A DNA stretch of 64,000 nt from Podarcis vaucheri. Lineage: Eukaryota. Position numbers and translations under genes: made by a program. Each line of letters starts with the position of its first letter. Within the stretch, counting starts at the first letter, position 1. The notes under the pieces were generated by a model. The model was not told the DNA's origin and did not search any database. It saw nothing but the letters and a program-made list of their open reading frames with translations. The DNA is taken from the NCBI GenBank assembly GCA_965113315.1, contig OZ220369.1; one strand, written 5' to 3'. Shown piece after piece: positions 25,001-49,415 of this stretch.

Positions 25001-28000
25001 TTCTTCCCCTAGGTCGATCTCCGTGACCAGACAATTGTGAAACTTCAGGGATGTCTGAAAGCAGCTGAGGAGGAGCGGGTGCAAGGGAAGGATGAGGTGA
25101 CATTTTGGGGACAGAGAGCCTCCTTGTCACAGTCTTGAAAAAGTAGCCCACAAAGGGTGGAGCTCCCAAGGTGACCAACAGCCAGGCCCCCCTCCCTCCC
25201 TCCCCAGTGTCCTCTGAGCAGGGGAAGGGTCCCAAGGACAGCAGACTGTCCCCCCGCAGAGGATCAATCACCAAAGGTCAGGTCACAGGAGGTGCTTGTA
25301 TGTCCTCAGCAGGTTGTTTGGAAACAAGCAGGCAAATCGCAGGGCAACGCACAGTGAAGTTCTCTGGGCTCTCACCTGTTCCAGAAGCTGGATTGACTAT
25401 AAGTCGGCAGCTCAGGATCTATCTTGACAAACAGCAGTAGTGCAAGGATGAGGGTCCGGGGGCTTTGCCTCACATAGCACAGAGGAACAGAGCCAGGCCA
25501 GGGGAGGGAGAGAAGGAACAGGATGAGATGGTCTGAATGTGTGGATTGCCCGGCAGCCTCCTGAGGATGCTCATCTGTCCCCTCCACTGCCAGCTTGCAG
25601 GTAAAGAGGCCGAAGTGAACCACCTCAGGGGGCAGCTCCACCATCTGCAGGATGAGCTGAGGAGCCTGCGAGACTCTTGCACTGAGCAGGAGAAGGCAAT
25701 AGTGGAGCAGACTCGGCTCATCTGCCAGCTCCAGCACGAGAAGGAGTCCTCCCTCAGCAAGGTCCGTGCCCTCTGGTGGGGGTGGGGGTGGGGAGTGGTT
25801 GCAAACTCAGTTTGGCCCTCATTTCCCTACCGCTGATCTCAGTTTCCTGCCACCCCCTAAAGTTTGAGTCCCTTCCCTTCAACGGCCTGCAGCCTCCTTG
25901 CATCCCTGTGGGCTGCCTCTCCTCCAGGTGCTCACCCAGAACCCCTGACTGCAGGGGGAAGGAGCCAAATTGGGGCCAGTTCCATTCCTTGCTGCGTGGG
26001 GAAGAGAGGGGACCAGGCTCCAAGGCACCCCTCCTCTTACTCACATGACAACACCCCCCCTCCCATGCTATTTGCAGAGCCAGAGCAAGGCCGCCCTCCT
26101 GGAGCAGCTGCGGGGTGAACAGCTCTCTGCCCGGCAGGACCACCAGGCCAGCATGGACCAGCTGCAAGACAAGCTGCAGCGCCTGCAGCAGGAGCTGGAT
26201 ATCTGCAAGGGGCGCAACCAGGAGAACCTCAGCAAGCTGCAGTCCCGCGAGTGCCGGATCGAGAAGCAGACGCTGGACCTGGAGATGCTGGTTCAGCAGT
26301 GCCAGGTCCTCAAGGAGCAGGTGAGCCCAGCCAGCTGGCTGCACCCCACACCCCACTCCCACCCTCCCACCCTCCCAGCCAGAGCTGCCTACCTCCCTTT
26401 CCCCCCGCAGCTCCTTTACTACGAGGAAGTGACCCAGAAGCAGGAGCGGGAGCTCTCCTGCCAGAGCGAGCGAGAGCGGCACCTGCACGAGCAGCTGGGC
26501 CAGGTGGAGAGCAGCAGCACCCTCCTGGAGGGCAGCCTGGAGCTCTACAAGAAGAAGTTCCAGGCCTCGCTGAGCAGAGCTGGGGAGCTGGAGTGCCAGT
26601 TGCAGCGCCTGGAGGAGGAGGCCGCCTGCCAGGTAGGGGCCCCGGCTCAGAGGGGAAGGCAGTAGCAATGGGGGCCTGGCTGCTTTCCTGGCCCTAAGCT
26701 GCGCTTGCCCTGTTGCCGCAGGCCAAGGAAAAGGACGAGGCCCTCTATAGGTTGCAAGCGGAGCAGCAGATCCTGCAGGAGGAGCTGAAGGGCAAATGCT
26801 GGCAGGCCAGCCGGGCGGAAGACACCGCTGAGCAGCTGATGCGGGAGCTGCGCGACACCCAGGTGGAGCTGGCCCAGAGCCAGCAGCTCGCCTGCCATTC
26901 TGAAGAGACCATCCAGGCGCTGCAGGAGCAGCTGGCAGCCAACCGTGTCCAGGTGAGCCTGGCCTCGGCCCCCAACCCCACGGGCAGCAGAAGAGGGAGC
27001 CACCTCTGACTGACTGTTGTGTGCTCTTCAGCTCCTAGACCAAGAGGCGGCGCTGGCCACGTTGCACAGGGACTTCGCTTCTTACAAAGCAACTCACAGC
27101 TGCTCCAACGGCAGCTATGAAAGCCAGATAGTCGCCGCAGAGACCCTCAGGCAGGTAGGCCCTGCTCTCGGGCCACAACACTTGTTGGGGGGTGCTGGGG
27201 GGAGCCCTGGAGATGTAGGGCTCCAGGCTGAGTCGCGGTTCTCTTTGTTCTGAGCAGAAGCTGCTGAAAGAGGAAGAGGAGAGCTCTAAGCACCAGCAGC
27301 AGGCTGAGGAGTACCAGGGCCTGGTGCAGGATTTGAAACTGGAGCTGGCGAGGGTCACTGAGCAGAAGAGCAGCGCTCTGAACGGTAGGAATGAGTGGAA
27401 GTAGCAAGGACGTAGGCCTGAGCAGACGTCGGGCTGGGCTCGGCCGGTGCTGAGCAAGAGGCCACCTTTTTTTCCAGACTTGGCTCACCTGGAGCTGAAC
27501 TTGCAAAGCCTGTATGAGGAGGCAGCAGCTGAGAGGGACAAGCAGCAGCAGCAGGTCCAGCAGCTGCAGATGGAGCTGAAGCAAAGCCGCAAGCTGGTTG
27601 CTCAAAGGGAGCAGGTGAGCACCTCTGCCTTCCTTTGCTGGGAGGCTTGCTGGGGTGTGTGGGTCCTTGTCTGAGGCTGACTCCCTCTCTGCACTCCCTC
27701 CCACCCACAGGCCATCCAGAAGCGAGATGCAATCCTGCGGAAGTCCCAGGCGGAGATGGTGCACGCCTGCAGCACCCTGCAGGAGAAGGGGCAGGAAGTG
27801 GAGCAGCAGCGTGCCCGGGCCCATCATCTGGAGGCCAGCCTGCAGAAGGCCCAGCGGGAGTTGGAGCACAGCAGAGCAGAGTGTGCCACATTGCGTGCCG
27901 AGGCACAGGCCCTGCGGCGGAGCTTGCACGAGAGCCAGGAGCAGCACCAGAAAACTGGTGAGTGGGGCCAGGACATATGAGGCTGGAGGCCAGAAATTCC

Positions 28001-31000
28001 TGTCGGTAACTTTGAGACTAGATTACTGGGCAGTGGCAACAGTTGGAGCAAAGCGGCAAAGGTGGGAGTGAGAAGCGAGCCGAGGACCCATCCCCTCTCC
28101 CACCTCCCCAGAGCTTTGTGGGATGCTTCAGCCAGCCCACCTGCTGGTTTCTTCTGCTCCCCTTTGGGGCTCCTGCCAGCATCTCAGACCCTCCCTCCCT
28201 CCCCCCCACAGCCCAGGAGCTGGTGCAGCAGGAAGAGCAGGTGCTGCTGGCCCAGAGCAGCCTGCACAACGCCCAGGAGCAGCTGAGTGAGCGGCTCACA
28301 GAGCTCACACATCAGACACAGGCTGGCCGCCGGCTGGAGGCAGAGCTCCGGGTTCTCAACGAAAGGCTCTCCGTTGCTGAAGCAGAGCTGGAGCAGAAAA
28401 GGTAGCAGCTGCAGTGGCAAATGGCAGGGGTTGGGGGTCTCCTTAGGCCCTGACATGAGTCTCTATGGAGGGAAAGGGTTGCAGAAGAGGAGGGGCGCCT
28501 TCCGTGGCTACTAGTTGTGAAGGATCAAAGAGCAGTGGGAAGGGAGCTGTTTTCCTCAGGTCCCACTTGGGGTTTCTCTTGAGGCATCGTGATGGGCTGC
28601 CTGCTATCAGCAAGAGGAGGCTGGTCTAGATGGAACCACTTTGACCCAGAGTTTTTATTCTTGCTGCTGATTCTGCCTCCCTCAGAGAGCTGTTGGAGCA
28701 GCTGATGGGAGAGCTGAGCCAGTCAAAGCAGCAGCACCAGGCAGCCATGCAAGAGTCCCAGCAGCACCAGAAGGAGGCATCTCAGCTGCAGCAGAAGCTA
28801 CAGAGCAGCCGGGAAGGGCTGAAGAGCCTGCAGCTGAAGGTGGGGAAGGGGAAAGTGGGAAGGCTTGAAGGGCAACTGCCATCCCAGCCAAGCCAATTGC
28901 TTCTGCCTGCGGGAGAGCTCAGCTGGTGGCAGCCTGAAGCCTTCTGGTATGTGCCGCCCACAGGTGCAAGGGAACCAGTCGGTGCTGGATGAGTTGCAGG
29001 CAGAGCTGGGCCAGCAAAAGCGCCAGGAGGAGGAGCTGCAGCGGCAGCTGCGAAGGGCCAAGGAGCAGGAGAGCCAGCTGGTACAGCAATGCAAGGAGCT
29101 GCAGCATCAGCTCCAGAGCAGCCAGTGCAGGGTGAGCCACTGGGCAGGGCTGCAGGGAGGAGGCGTGTGCCAAGTCTCCCAGGAGCTGACAGCCCCCTGC
29201 CTTGCAGTTGCAGGAGGAAGAGTGGAAAGCCCAGAGCCTGCACACCTGCGCCACGGAGCGGGAGACAGAGAGCCGTGTTCTGCGTGAGCAGCTGAAGCAG
29301 CAGAAGACGGAGCTGGAGGTGCTCCGCAGAAAGTATGAACACGCCCAGATGCAGCTGCAGCAGGAGACAGCAGAAGTGAGTGCTGCCATTGCCACCTTCC
29401 TTGCCCTCGCCTGCCTTCCTGCAGGTTGACCAGGCTTGCCTCCCTCACCCCACTCCACAGGTGTTGCGCCAGGAGGCCACCCTCTCCCAGCTCCACACTG
29501 AGCTGCACACTGCCCAGGAGAAGGAGCGCCAGAGCAACCAGTCCCTGGCTGCAGCCAAGAACATTGCCCAGGACCTCCGGCTGCAAGCCGCGTCCTGCCA
29601 GGCCAGCCAAAGGGAGGCGGTGGAGCAGGTAAGGCCAAGCCAAACCTGGGCACCTTTTGGAGGCCAGCCAGCCGGGGAGATGACCTCTACCCTCCCTTCT
29701 TGGCAGCTGGAGCAGAGAACCCGGGAGGTGTCCTGCCTGCAGGCGGAGCTGCAGCTTGCCCAGCACAGGGCAGACCATCTGGAGGAAGAACTGAGCGGCT
29801 CCCGAGAACAGCTGCAGCAGCTGCTGGCCATGCAGAGGGAGAGGGAGCAGGAGGTGAGGACCCTGGCCCAGGGAGGGAGGGCTGGAGGGGCCTTCTTGCT
29901 CAGCCCAAGCTCACCCAGTGGGCAACTCCTCTGTCTTCACAGGCCTGTGCCTCCGAGGAGCGGCTGAGCGCCCTGGGCAGCCAAGTGCAGCACTGGCAGC
30001 AGGAGCACCGGGCGGCCGAGCGGGCTCTGGCCGAAAAGGACGAGGAGCTGGTGGTGATGAAGGTGGAGCTGGCCTCGCTGGAGGAGAAGTGTCACCAGGC
30101 GACAGAGGAGGTGACAAGGGGCTCCCTGCAGGGTGGAGGGATACACAGCCAAGTCCTCCTCAGGTGGCTGATGCTTTTCCTTTGGTCCTCTCCTGGGGCT
30201 GCTTTGGCAGAAAGAAGAGCTGCAGAACGAAGTCAACGTCCTCCGGCAGAAGTTTGTGGTTTCCAGCCGGGATGTAAGTAAAGCTTGGAGAGGAGACTCA
30301 TCCCCCGGACTCCCCAGGGGCACCATCCACCTCTGCTGCCCCTAGAGGAAAGCAGATCCCAAGTCATTGGGGAAGAAGGCCCTAAGCGAAGCATCCAAAG
30401 AGAGTCCTCATGGCTTCTGGGTGGCACATTCACAAGCTGACAAAGGTCACAGCAGGCTGGGCTGGCTGCCTCAGGGAGTTGTGAAAGCAACAAGCCTGAC
30501 TAGCCTCAAAGCCAGAGCTGGTTGCACCCCATGCACTGAGGTTGCCCAGCATATACTCTCCCCCTCCCCTCCCAACCCTTCGGCCCCTATAAGCCTTGGT
30601 TTGTTCTTCTCTCCAGAGTTAGAACTCAGCTGATCTCGTTCTTTCTCTCCTTTCCTTCTCTTTGTCGCTCAGCTTCCTCCAGCTTTGTCTTGTCCCTCTC
30701 TTCACCTGCTGCTGCTCTCCTCCATCCTTTCCTCAGGGCCGGTTGCCCTGCCAAGTTCTTGAGCATCTCTGATACTCTCCTTTGCATCCTCTTCCGCTTG
30801 TCCACATCCTCTCTAAGGTCTGGTGCTGTCCTCAAGTGGAACTTGACCAAGGTTGAGGTTTTGCTGGTGGCACAGAGAGACCACCCACTGAGATTGAGGG
30901 GCAAGCAAATGAATTTGCAGAAGACCAAAGAAGGTTCCTTGCCACACAACGTAGAACTCGTTGATGGCACTCACTGCTACAGGGTGTGCCAACGGCTGCC

Positions 31001-33741
31001 AATTAGAATGGTTTAAATGGGGGAGTAGACAACCTCAAGACAAAGAGATGTGCCAATAGATGTTGGCCATGATAGCTTTGTGGAACCTCCTTGTCCAGAG
31101 GCAATCTACCTCTGAATACCAGGCACTGGGAAATGTTCTAGACCTGATCCTCTGCCTTTGGGTTTCCTGGCAGCACCTGGTTTGGACCCCCAGATACCGC
31201 ACCAGATGGAGCTCTGAGCCTCTTGGTCTGTGGCTCACCAGAGACCTTGTGGTTGCCATTTGGGAGTCAAACGCATCTGGCTCTGCTCTTCATTCTTTGG
31301 CCCTTTCAGAATAGTTTAGGGGCAAGAGCGGGGAGGGGCCAGTGGAGGTTGCTTTGCGCTTCTGGGACCGTGCCAGGGTGGCCTTCCTAGACTGCCCTCT
31401 TCTTCCCTGGCAGGTGGAATCCCTGCAGACCTCCCTGGAGACAGCACGGGCCGACAGCTACCGCCTGCATCATGAGAGTGAGTTGGTGGTGACCAACGTC
31501 AGCCAGTGGGTGAAGGAGCAGAAGTGAGTTTGGGCCACCTGGCTGTGGCAGCCTCCTCCTCCTGGGGTGGGTGGGAATGGGCTCTAGCAGTACTGCTTAC
31601 CACCTTTCCTTGCCCCTTGTTACTTCCTCCCAACTGGTGTCTCGTTGCAGGCAGGTGAACGAGAAGTTGGGCGACAAGATCCGGGACCAGATCAAGCAAA
31701 TTGCTCAGCTGACGGGCGAGAGGGAGTAAGTGCAGCAGGCTGACACGGGCGGAGGGGGGCCTCCTCCAGGCCTCCCACACTTCTGCTCTTCCTCAAGGGG
31801 TGGGCAGTAAGCTCACCTGCTGGTCCCAACTTCCCCTGCCTCCACCCCACATCTCCAAATATTGTGCAGGACAAGAGGTGTTTTTAAAATTCAGGCACTC
31901 CTCCTTTCCTTGTCCTATTATCCTCATGTGTGAGTCCAAAGGCTGCTGCATGGCTGTTTGTTCCCCTTTGTTAAGGCAGCTTCTTTCCACAGCCACCTCC
32001 ATGGGCTAATGGAGAGACTCCAGCAAGAGAATAAACGCTTGAAAAGTGAAGTGGATGAGCGGCGTATTGAGTGTGAGCGCCTCAAGGTGAGTGGAAGGCT
32101 CGGGAGTGAAGGGCCAATAATCCCAGGGGTCCAGATGGCAGAGAGTGACATCCTGAGGCACTCTCAGTAGGCTGCCTCAGTTTCCCAGCAGGGAAGGTAA
32201 TGAGTGAGTGGCAAGGTGTTCTGTGAGCCTGCAAGGCAGGCATTTCTTATTTGAAGTAAAGTACTTCTGGAACCCTAAACCCACAAATGCAGAGTGGGCC
32301 AATATTGCCGTAACAGGAGACATGGCAGAAGATGGGACAACCCCAAGGATTCCCCAGACCACCCACATCATTTAATGAGAAGGCATTGAACAAGTGCTGT
32401 TGTGGAGGCTTTTGCAGTTCTGCAGCAAGAGCACAGAGAAGTAGGCTTCCTGCATCCAACCCACAATGAGTGCCTGGTAGTGACCACAGAGCCTGTGTGT
32501 TGGGCAAATCCACTCCTTGAAAACACAGATCCTCGGGCTGCCGGAGGAGGAACAGCGGATGGTTCACCAACAGAGATGATTACATAGTGATTCATGATAG
32601 CCAAAGCCATAGCTATTGAATTTATTTTGGAAAAATAGTGTGAATAAGAAAAGCTGCTTTCCATGTCTGGAGACTGAGCAGCTGAGAACCCAGATGAAGG
32701 TGAGTGACATAGAGAAGAATTTTCATCCTGCCCCCAAACCACATAACAGCCCTCAGGGCATAAGGTCAGCAAAGCCTCCCTTTCTCTAATTACCTTCAAG
32801 ACTGCTATAAATTACAACTGAGAGATTCTCTGTCTGCCAGTTGAAATTTACATCTGGTGTGTGAGCTACCTTCTTAAGAAGAGTTTATCATTTAACGATC
32901 AAGGGTGTTCGGATTGTTAGAAATCTTTTATTTTTAATTCTGTTTTGACAAAACTGTTGACTTCAAACTGGAAGTATTTTTTCTATGTCACTGTGGGAAA
33001 GAAATGTGGTTTGATAAGGAATGCTGTGAAGACCTTAAGGTCTTAAGTTTTTAAAATGCGTATTGAACTGTTAATAAGATTAAGAACACTCAGTATGGCA
33101 AATACATTGTTGGACACTCCACTGACTGTTGGCATCTTACAACAATTATTGGATGAGTAGTTAAGAGAGATCAGAGCTGAGATTGATAAAATGGTGAATG
33201 AAAATGGACCAGAGAAGGATGAAATGGAAAATGGTATTAAAGAGGGCACAGAGACTTTGGAGAACAATATCAAAAAAGGATTTCCAGAACAGGAGAGTGA
33301 AATGGTAGAGTTGGAGGTAGCAGATAATGAAATGGAGAAGTCCTTTGCACCAGTGTCTAGAGGAATGAAACACCCAAATGGCACGAGTTATGATGTTGAA
33401 GGAATGGAATGAAGCCATGGACATCCTGAGCTGGCAGAGACAGAAAATCAGAAGTCCCTTTCACATCTCTTTTCCTTTTATATTCCTTCCTCTTTTTTCC
33501 TTTTGTTTTCCTTGTTGTCCTCTACTCTGGGACATTATTGAGATTATTCTTTCTCTTTTCATTTTTGTTCATTTTGTATTGTATTGTATTGTATATTACA
33601 AAAAAAGCCTTAATGAAATCTTAAGGGAAATAACACACACACACAGTCTCCTCTTTCTCGTTGCAGGCTTTCCACAGCAGTGATTTGGACCCAGGTGCTG
33701 TACTACCACAGCCTTGGCCTATGTTCCCAGCGGATGAGTAA
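4047..33741 (+). CDS. PMFBP1: Polyamine-modulated factor 1-binding protein 1-like long coiled-coil protein (sperm head-tail coupling in mammals); 5' end unresolved, about 1451 aa modelled
   Basis: AG/GT-bounded, phase-compatible Q/E/L-rich exons: 4047-4193, 8765-8848, 9130-9276, 10891-10974, 11292-11405, 13838-13921, 20481-20627, 22633-22704, 23898-24065, 24384-24446, 24653-24820, 25594-25761, 26078-26320, 26411-26632, 26722-26952, 27032-27154, 27258-27384, 27478-27614, 27711-27957, 28212-28401, 28686-28839, 28964-29131, 29208-29375, 29461-29628, 29707-29853, 29943-30110, 30211-30273, 31414-31523, 31651-31725, 31993-32086, 33667-33741 (TAA). Peptides [105 protein letters not shown] match recalled human PMFBP1; convergent with DHX38 as in mammals. 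Exons from 25594 on are high confidence; membership of the upstream exons is inferred. Confidence 0.88.
4661..5053. mobile_element. Two adjacent non-autonomous hAT-type elements (about 4661-4910 and palindromic 4915-5053)
   Basis: Starts cagggg; second part is a roughly 52-bp inverted repeat (4922-4973 / 4996-5047); 8-bp direct repeat gtttaggc at 4653-4660 and 5054-5061. Confidence 0.75.
12345..12512 (+). mobile_element. CR1 LINE 3' end fragment
   Basis: Typical CR1 tail: gagttggactagatgacccttgggatcccttccagttctgtgattctgtg. Confidence 0.75.
12700..13570 (-). mobile_element. Degraded CR1-clade LINE reverse-transcriptase fragment
   Basis: Minus-strand translation contains VYLDFQKAFDEV (CR1 RT motif); boundaries approximate. 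Confidence 0.7.
16850..17215. promoter_or_regulatory. Putative conserved non-coding enhancer
   Basis: Non-repetitive, TAAT/ATTA-dense island with retained CpGs in GC-rich surroundings; PBX-HOX/HOX13-like TGATTTACGA at 17040-17049. Conservation not tested. Confidence 0.55.
17600..17872. mobile_element. hAT-type MITE remnant with internal perfect hairpin
   Basis: End gggccttagcttgctgacccctg resembles the end of the 4661-4910 element; 22-bp perfect inverted repeat at 17710-17756. Confidence 0.6.
20874..22207 (+). mobile_element. Young 5'-truncated L1-clade LINE (ORF2 C-terminus, 3' UTR, A tail)
   Basis: Uninterrupted frame to 21819 with the cysteine-rich motif CWKCKEAEGTFFHLWWTC; AATAAA 22184-22189; perfect 17-bp TSD ggaaatgtagcaagccc at 20857-20873 and 22208-22224. 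Confidence 0.92.
22240..22408. mobile_element. hAT-superfamily MITE containing TTAGGG-bearing tandem repeats
   Basis: Perfect 17-bp TIRs cagtggcgtagcgtggg / cccacgctacgccactg; 8-bp TSD ggaggcag at 22232-22239 and 22409-22416. Confidence 0.9.
23334..23550. mobile_element. Tc1/mariner (Tigger-like) MITE inserted in a degraded Squam3-like SINE
   Basis: TIRs cagtggtacctcgggttaca / tgtaacctgaggtaccactg, TA on both sides; flanks gagctagatggacc...taaggtagctt match the SINE tail seen at 60610-60800. Confidence 0.85.
24161..24270 (+). pseudogene. Disabled coiled-coil exon (pseudo-exon) within PMFBP1
   Basis: Acceptor ...ggaaccag|GTG at 24161 reads VGQQKELLST then in-frame TAG at 24191-24193, continues QRVSHILQEELQ, frameshifts in cagacagacagac (~24227-24239) and resumes TDQELSALQK; 3' boundary uncertain. 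Confidence 0.6.
32900..33630 (+). mobile_element. Probable internally deleted L1-derived element (ORF1-like acidic coiled-coil remnant plus 3' tail)
   Basis: AT-rich; reads MANTLLDTPLTVGILQQLLDE*LREIRAEIDKMV...; T-rich 3' tract with (ttgta)n and A run like the other L1 tails in the window; no clean splice sites. Confidence 0.4.
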
Positions 33742-34366
33742 GTCCTTCTGTTCTCCCCCACTCCTCCCCTTGGACAATGCCAGCACCAAGGAGTTTCCCT
33801 GCCTTCAGGGGACTTGCTGACTCACAACCTCCTTCAGTGACATGAGTTAACTTCCAAGCCAGGGGCTGCCTGGACCAATCTTTTGAGGCAAGGTAGGATG
33901 CTTCTGATGGCAGGAAAGCACTTTGCACAAGCTTGGCTTAAAAAGTTATTTTCTTGGCTCACACATGCAGGCTGGGGCATCATAGCACCCTACACAAAGC
34001 ACCAGAAACCTCTGAAAAGCCTGCAAAAGCACAGTGTGGTGAAGCCTCTGTAAGGAACTGCCTGGTATAGCAGACTATGGGGTTCTGTTATACAGCAATC
34101 TTTTTCCAGTAGCCAGTGAGATGGGCCCTGGGCATTTGCCTCCCCCCACCCCAGCTTTCCTGCAAGGGTGGGGAGCTTGTAGTCCTCTGGCTATTGTGAA
34201 GTTCTGGCTCCCCTCACTCCTGGCAATAGTGGCTGGGGCTGATGGAATCTATCATCATCCAGAAGGCCACATGCTTAAAGCCAGGGGCTGGTAGCAGACC
34301 AGGCCACAGTTCCCCAACCGACCTCTAATGGAGTTACATACCAATATTGGGAGGGGAAAGTATTTA

Positions 34367-34372
34367 AATAAA
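34367..34372 (+). terminator. Candidate polyadenylation signal of PMFBP1
   Basis: AATAAA about 625 nt after the predicted stop at 33741. Confidence 0.45.
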
Positions 34373-35185
34373 CTCTTTATCCAACATTATGTCTAGAAGT
34401 GACTTTAGTCCTTGGGTGTACAGAAGCCATTTCCACTATTGAAGTAATGGCATTCAAATATATGCCATCTTATTTTCAGTCCCCCCTAGAGATTCCCTGA
34501 GCAAATTGTTAGTCAAGTCAAACAGCCTGGATGTAGAAAGCCATTCCTGCTGCACCTCCCCCACCCACCCACCCCCAAATCATCATCATTATTACCATTT
34601 GCAGCTCTCACTGCTTGAGCCGGAAACAAAGCAAAGTGCTGGCTACAAAGTGGAACCTGTCCTAGCCCCACCACGGCTGCCGGATACCTATTCTTCGCCA
34701 CACACGCTGGCCCCCTCCCTGCCCAGCAGAGGACACACCTTGGTGCCTGTCGCGCCAGGCTCCAGTGAATATTTGGATGGGGACCGGCCGATCGACTAAT
34801 CATGTGACTTCTTATGCAGAAGAAGAAAGAAAAAAAGAGCTTGTGCAGATACTAAGCTAATAAATGGGGAAGTGCTGAGCCACTTTTCCCAAAAAACCAC
34901 ACGTCGTGCTGTGAGTGTGTATAAGGCAAAAGGGAGGCAGGTGGCAGAAAGCAGGATGTCTTACAGCCCATTCATGGGCCGAGGGAGGGTAGGGCTCCCC
35001 ACAGGTACACCCCAAACACACCTTGCACCAAGGAAGAGGCCAAACAAAAGCAACTGCTCAAAATCAGGTCAGGAAGCAGCAACATTTATATAAACAATAA
35101 AATTATTTTTTCCATGTCCATCCAAGGTGGGCTCTGCCCAACTAAGCACAGCAGGGTCTTCTGTACAGAGCTGGGAGGGCAGGGG

Positions 35186-48126
<12,941 letters not shown>

Positions 48127-48199
48127 TGCAGGGCTCTCTGCGGGGAGCAAGGAGGCACTCGAGTGAGCGGGACGGGGACCGGGCGGCAAGGGGGGTGGC

Positions 48200-48760
48200 G
48201 CCTAACGGCGGCGGGGGAAATCGGGCTGCTGGAGGGGTTGCTCGGCCGTTCAGTCCCGCGAGACGCGCTGCCACTGGACGACACACCGCGCTGAAAGCGG
48301 CAGCGGAAGCAGCAGCGCCGCCCAACCCGGTGGCCCGGCCTCGCTTCGCCTTCGGGACAGAGACGGGGGCAGAGCCCTGCCCGCCTCAGCCTCACCCTCC
48401 GCCGCCGCGCGGCCGCCGCTTCAAGGCCTGACCCTCCGCTTGCCGGGCGCCGCCATTGCCCGCCCCACAATGCCCCGCGACGGCAGCTGCGACGGCCTCT
48501 CCCCGCGCCATAGAGTCGTTATAGAATGTGCAGCAGCGCGGCTCCTAGACCGACCGAGTCCTTGTGCGGAGGCGGGATTTCCGGATTGCAGCCGCCTGGA
48601 GGAGGGAACGTAAAAGCCGCCCAAAGGAAACTGCGCAAGGAGATCCCGGACTTCCGCACAGCTGGAGCGGAAGGCGGCGGAACTAGCAGTTTCCCCTCAG
48701 AAGAGGAGGGGGATGCCGCTCCCTCAGACAGCAGTGAAAGCAGTTCGAGATCATGGGCGG
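48200..48760 (-). promoter_or_regulatory. CpG-island promoter and non-coding exon 1 of DHX38
   Basis: CpG-dense; minus-strand donor GTGAG at 48395-48391, acceptor of the ATG exon at 48138-48140; several ETS-type CGGAA/TTCCG motifs at about 48578-48682. Confidence 0.75.
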
Positions 48761-48770
48761 GAACGGAGCT

Positions 48771-49415
48771 AAGAAATCAGAGGCCTTTCTCCTGGGCATG
48801 GTCGGCCAAATGGTGCCAAAGAAGGACAGAACTTTTTTTATGTATGCCACAACAGCAGCAAGAATACTTATTGCAAAGTATTGGAAAACACAAGATCTAC
48901 CCACTCTGGAAGAATGGCAGATGAAGGTGATGGACTACATGGAATTGGCGGAAATGACTGGCAGAATCCGAGACCAGGGAGAAGAGTCGGTGGAAGAAGA
49001 TTGGAAGAAATTTAAAGACTATTTACAGAAATATTGCAAAATTAATGAATGTTAGAATGATGTCAGAATGAAGTTAAGTGGTTTAAGCAGCAATGTTATA
49101 AAGGTGTTTGTAAAAATGGATTGTTAACAGGTGAGAATCCAAAGTTATATTATGTTAAAGGACTAAGATAAAAACAAAGAGGGAAAGAAATTGCTGAATT
49201 AACTAACTGAATTGGAATACAAAAAAGGGAGGTGTGAGGAGGTCAGGGAAACAAGGAAATGAATGTAAGGTATGGAAAGACTGATGTATTTTTTTAAGTG
49301 TTTTTATCTTTTTTTGTATTTTGTATTTTTTCTTTTGTCTTTTTTTCTTTTTTTTAAAATTCATGTAACTCTTTTCTTTGAAACCTTAATAAATATCTTT
49401 TTTAAAAAAATAAAA
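48771..49415 (+). mobile_element. 5'-truncated L1 LINE, same family as 20874-22207
   Basis: EAFLLGMVGQMVPKKDRTFFMYATTAARILIAKYWKTQDLPTLEEW is near-identical to the 20874 copy; AATAAA 49388-49393 and A tail; no clear TSD. Confidence 0.9.

Noticed and set aside
25754-30326. Long minus-strand ORFs (304, 266, 244, 223 aa)
   Set aside because: Antisense shadows of CAG/GAG/CTG-rich PMFBP1 exons in GC-rich DNA.
34650-34822. Exon-like segment on the minus strand downstream of DHX38 (pyrimidine tract plus AG, GT donor)
   Set aside because: DHX38 already ends with its conserved C-terminus at 35186 and no homology is recognisable; at most a UTR exon.
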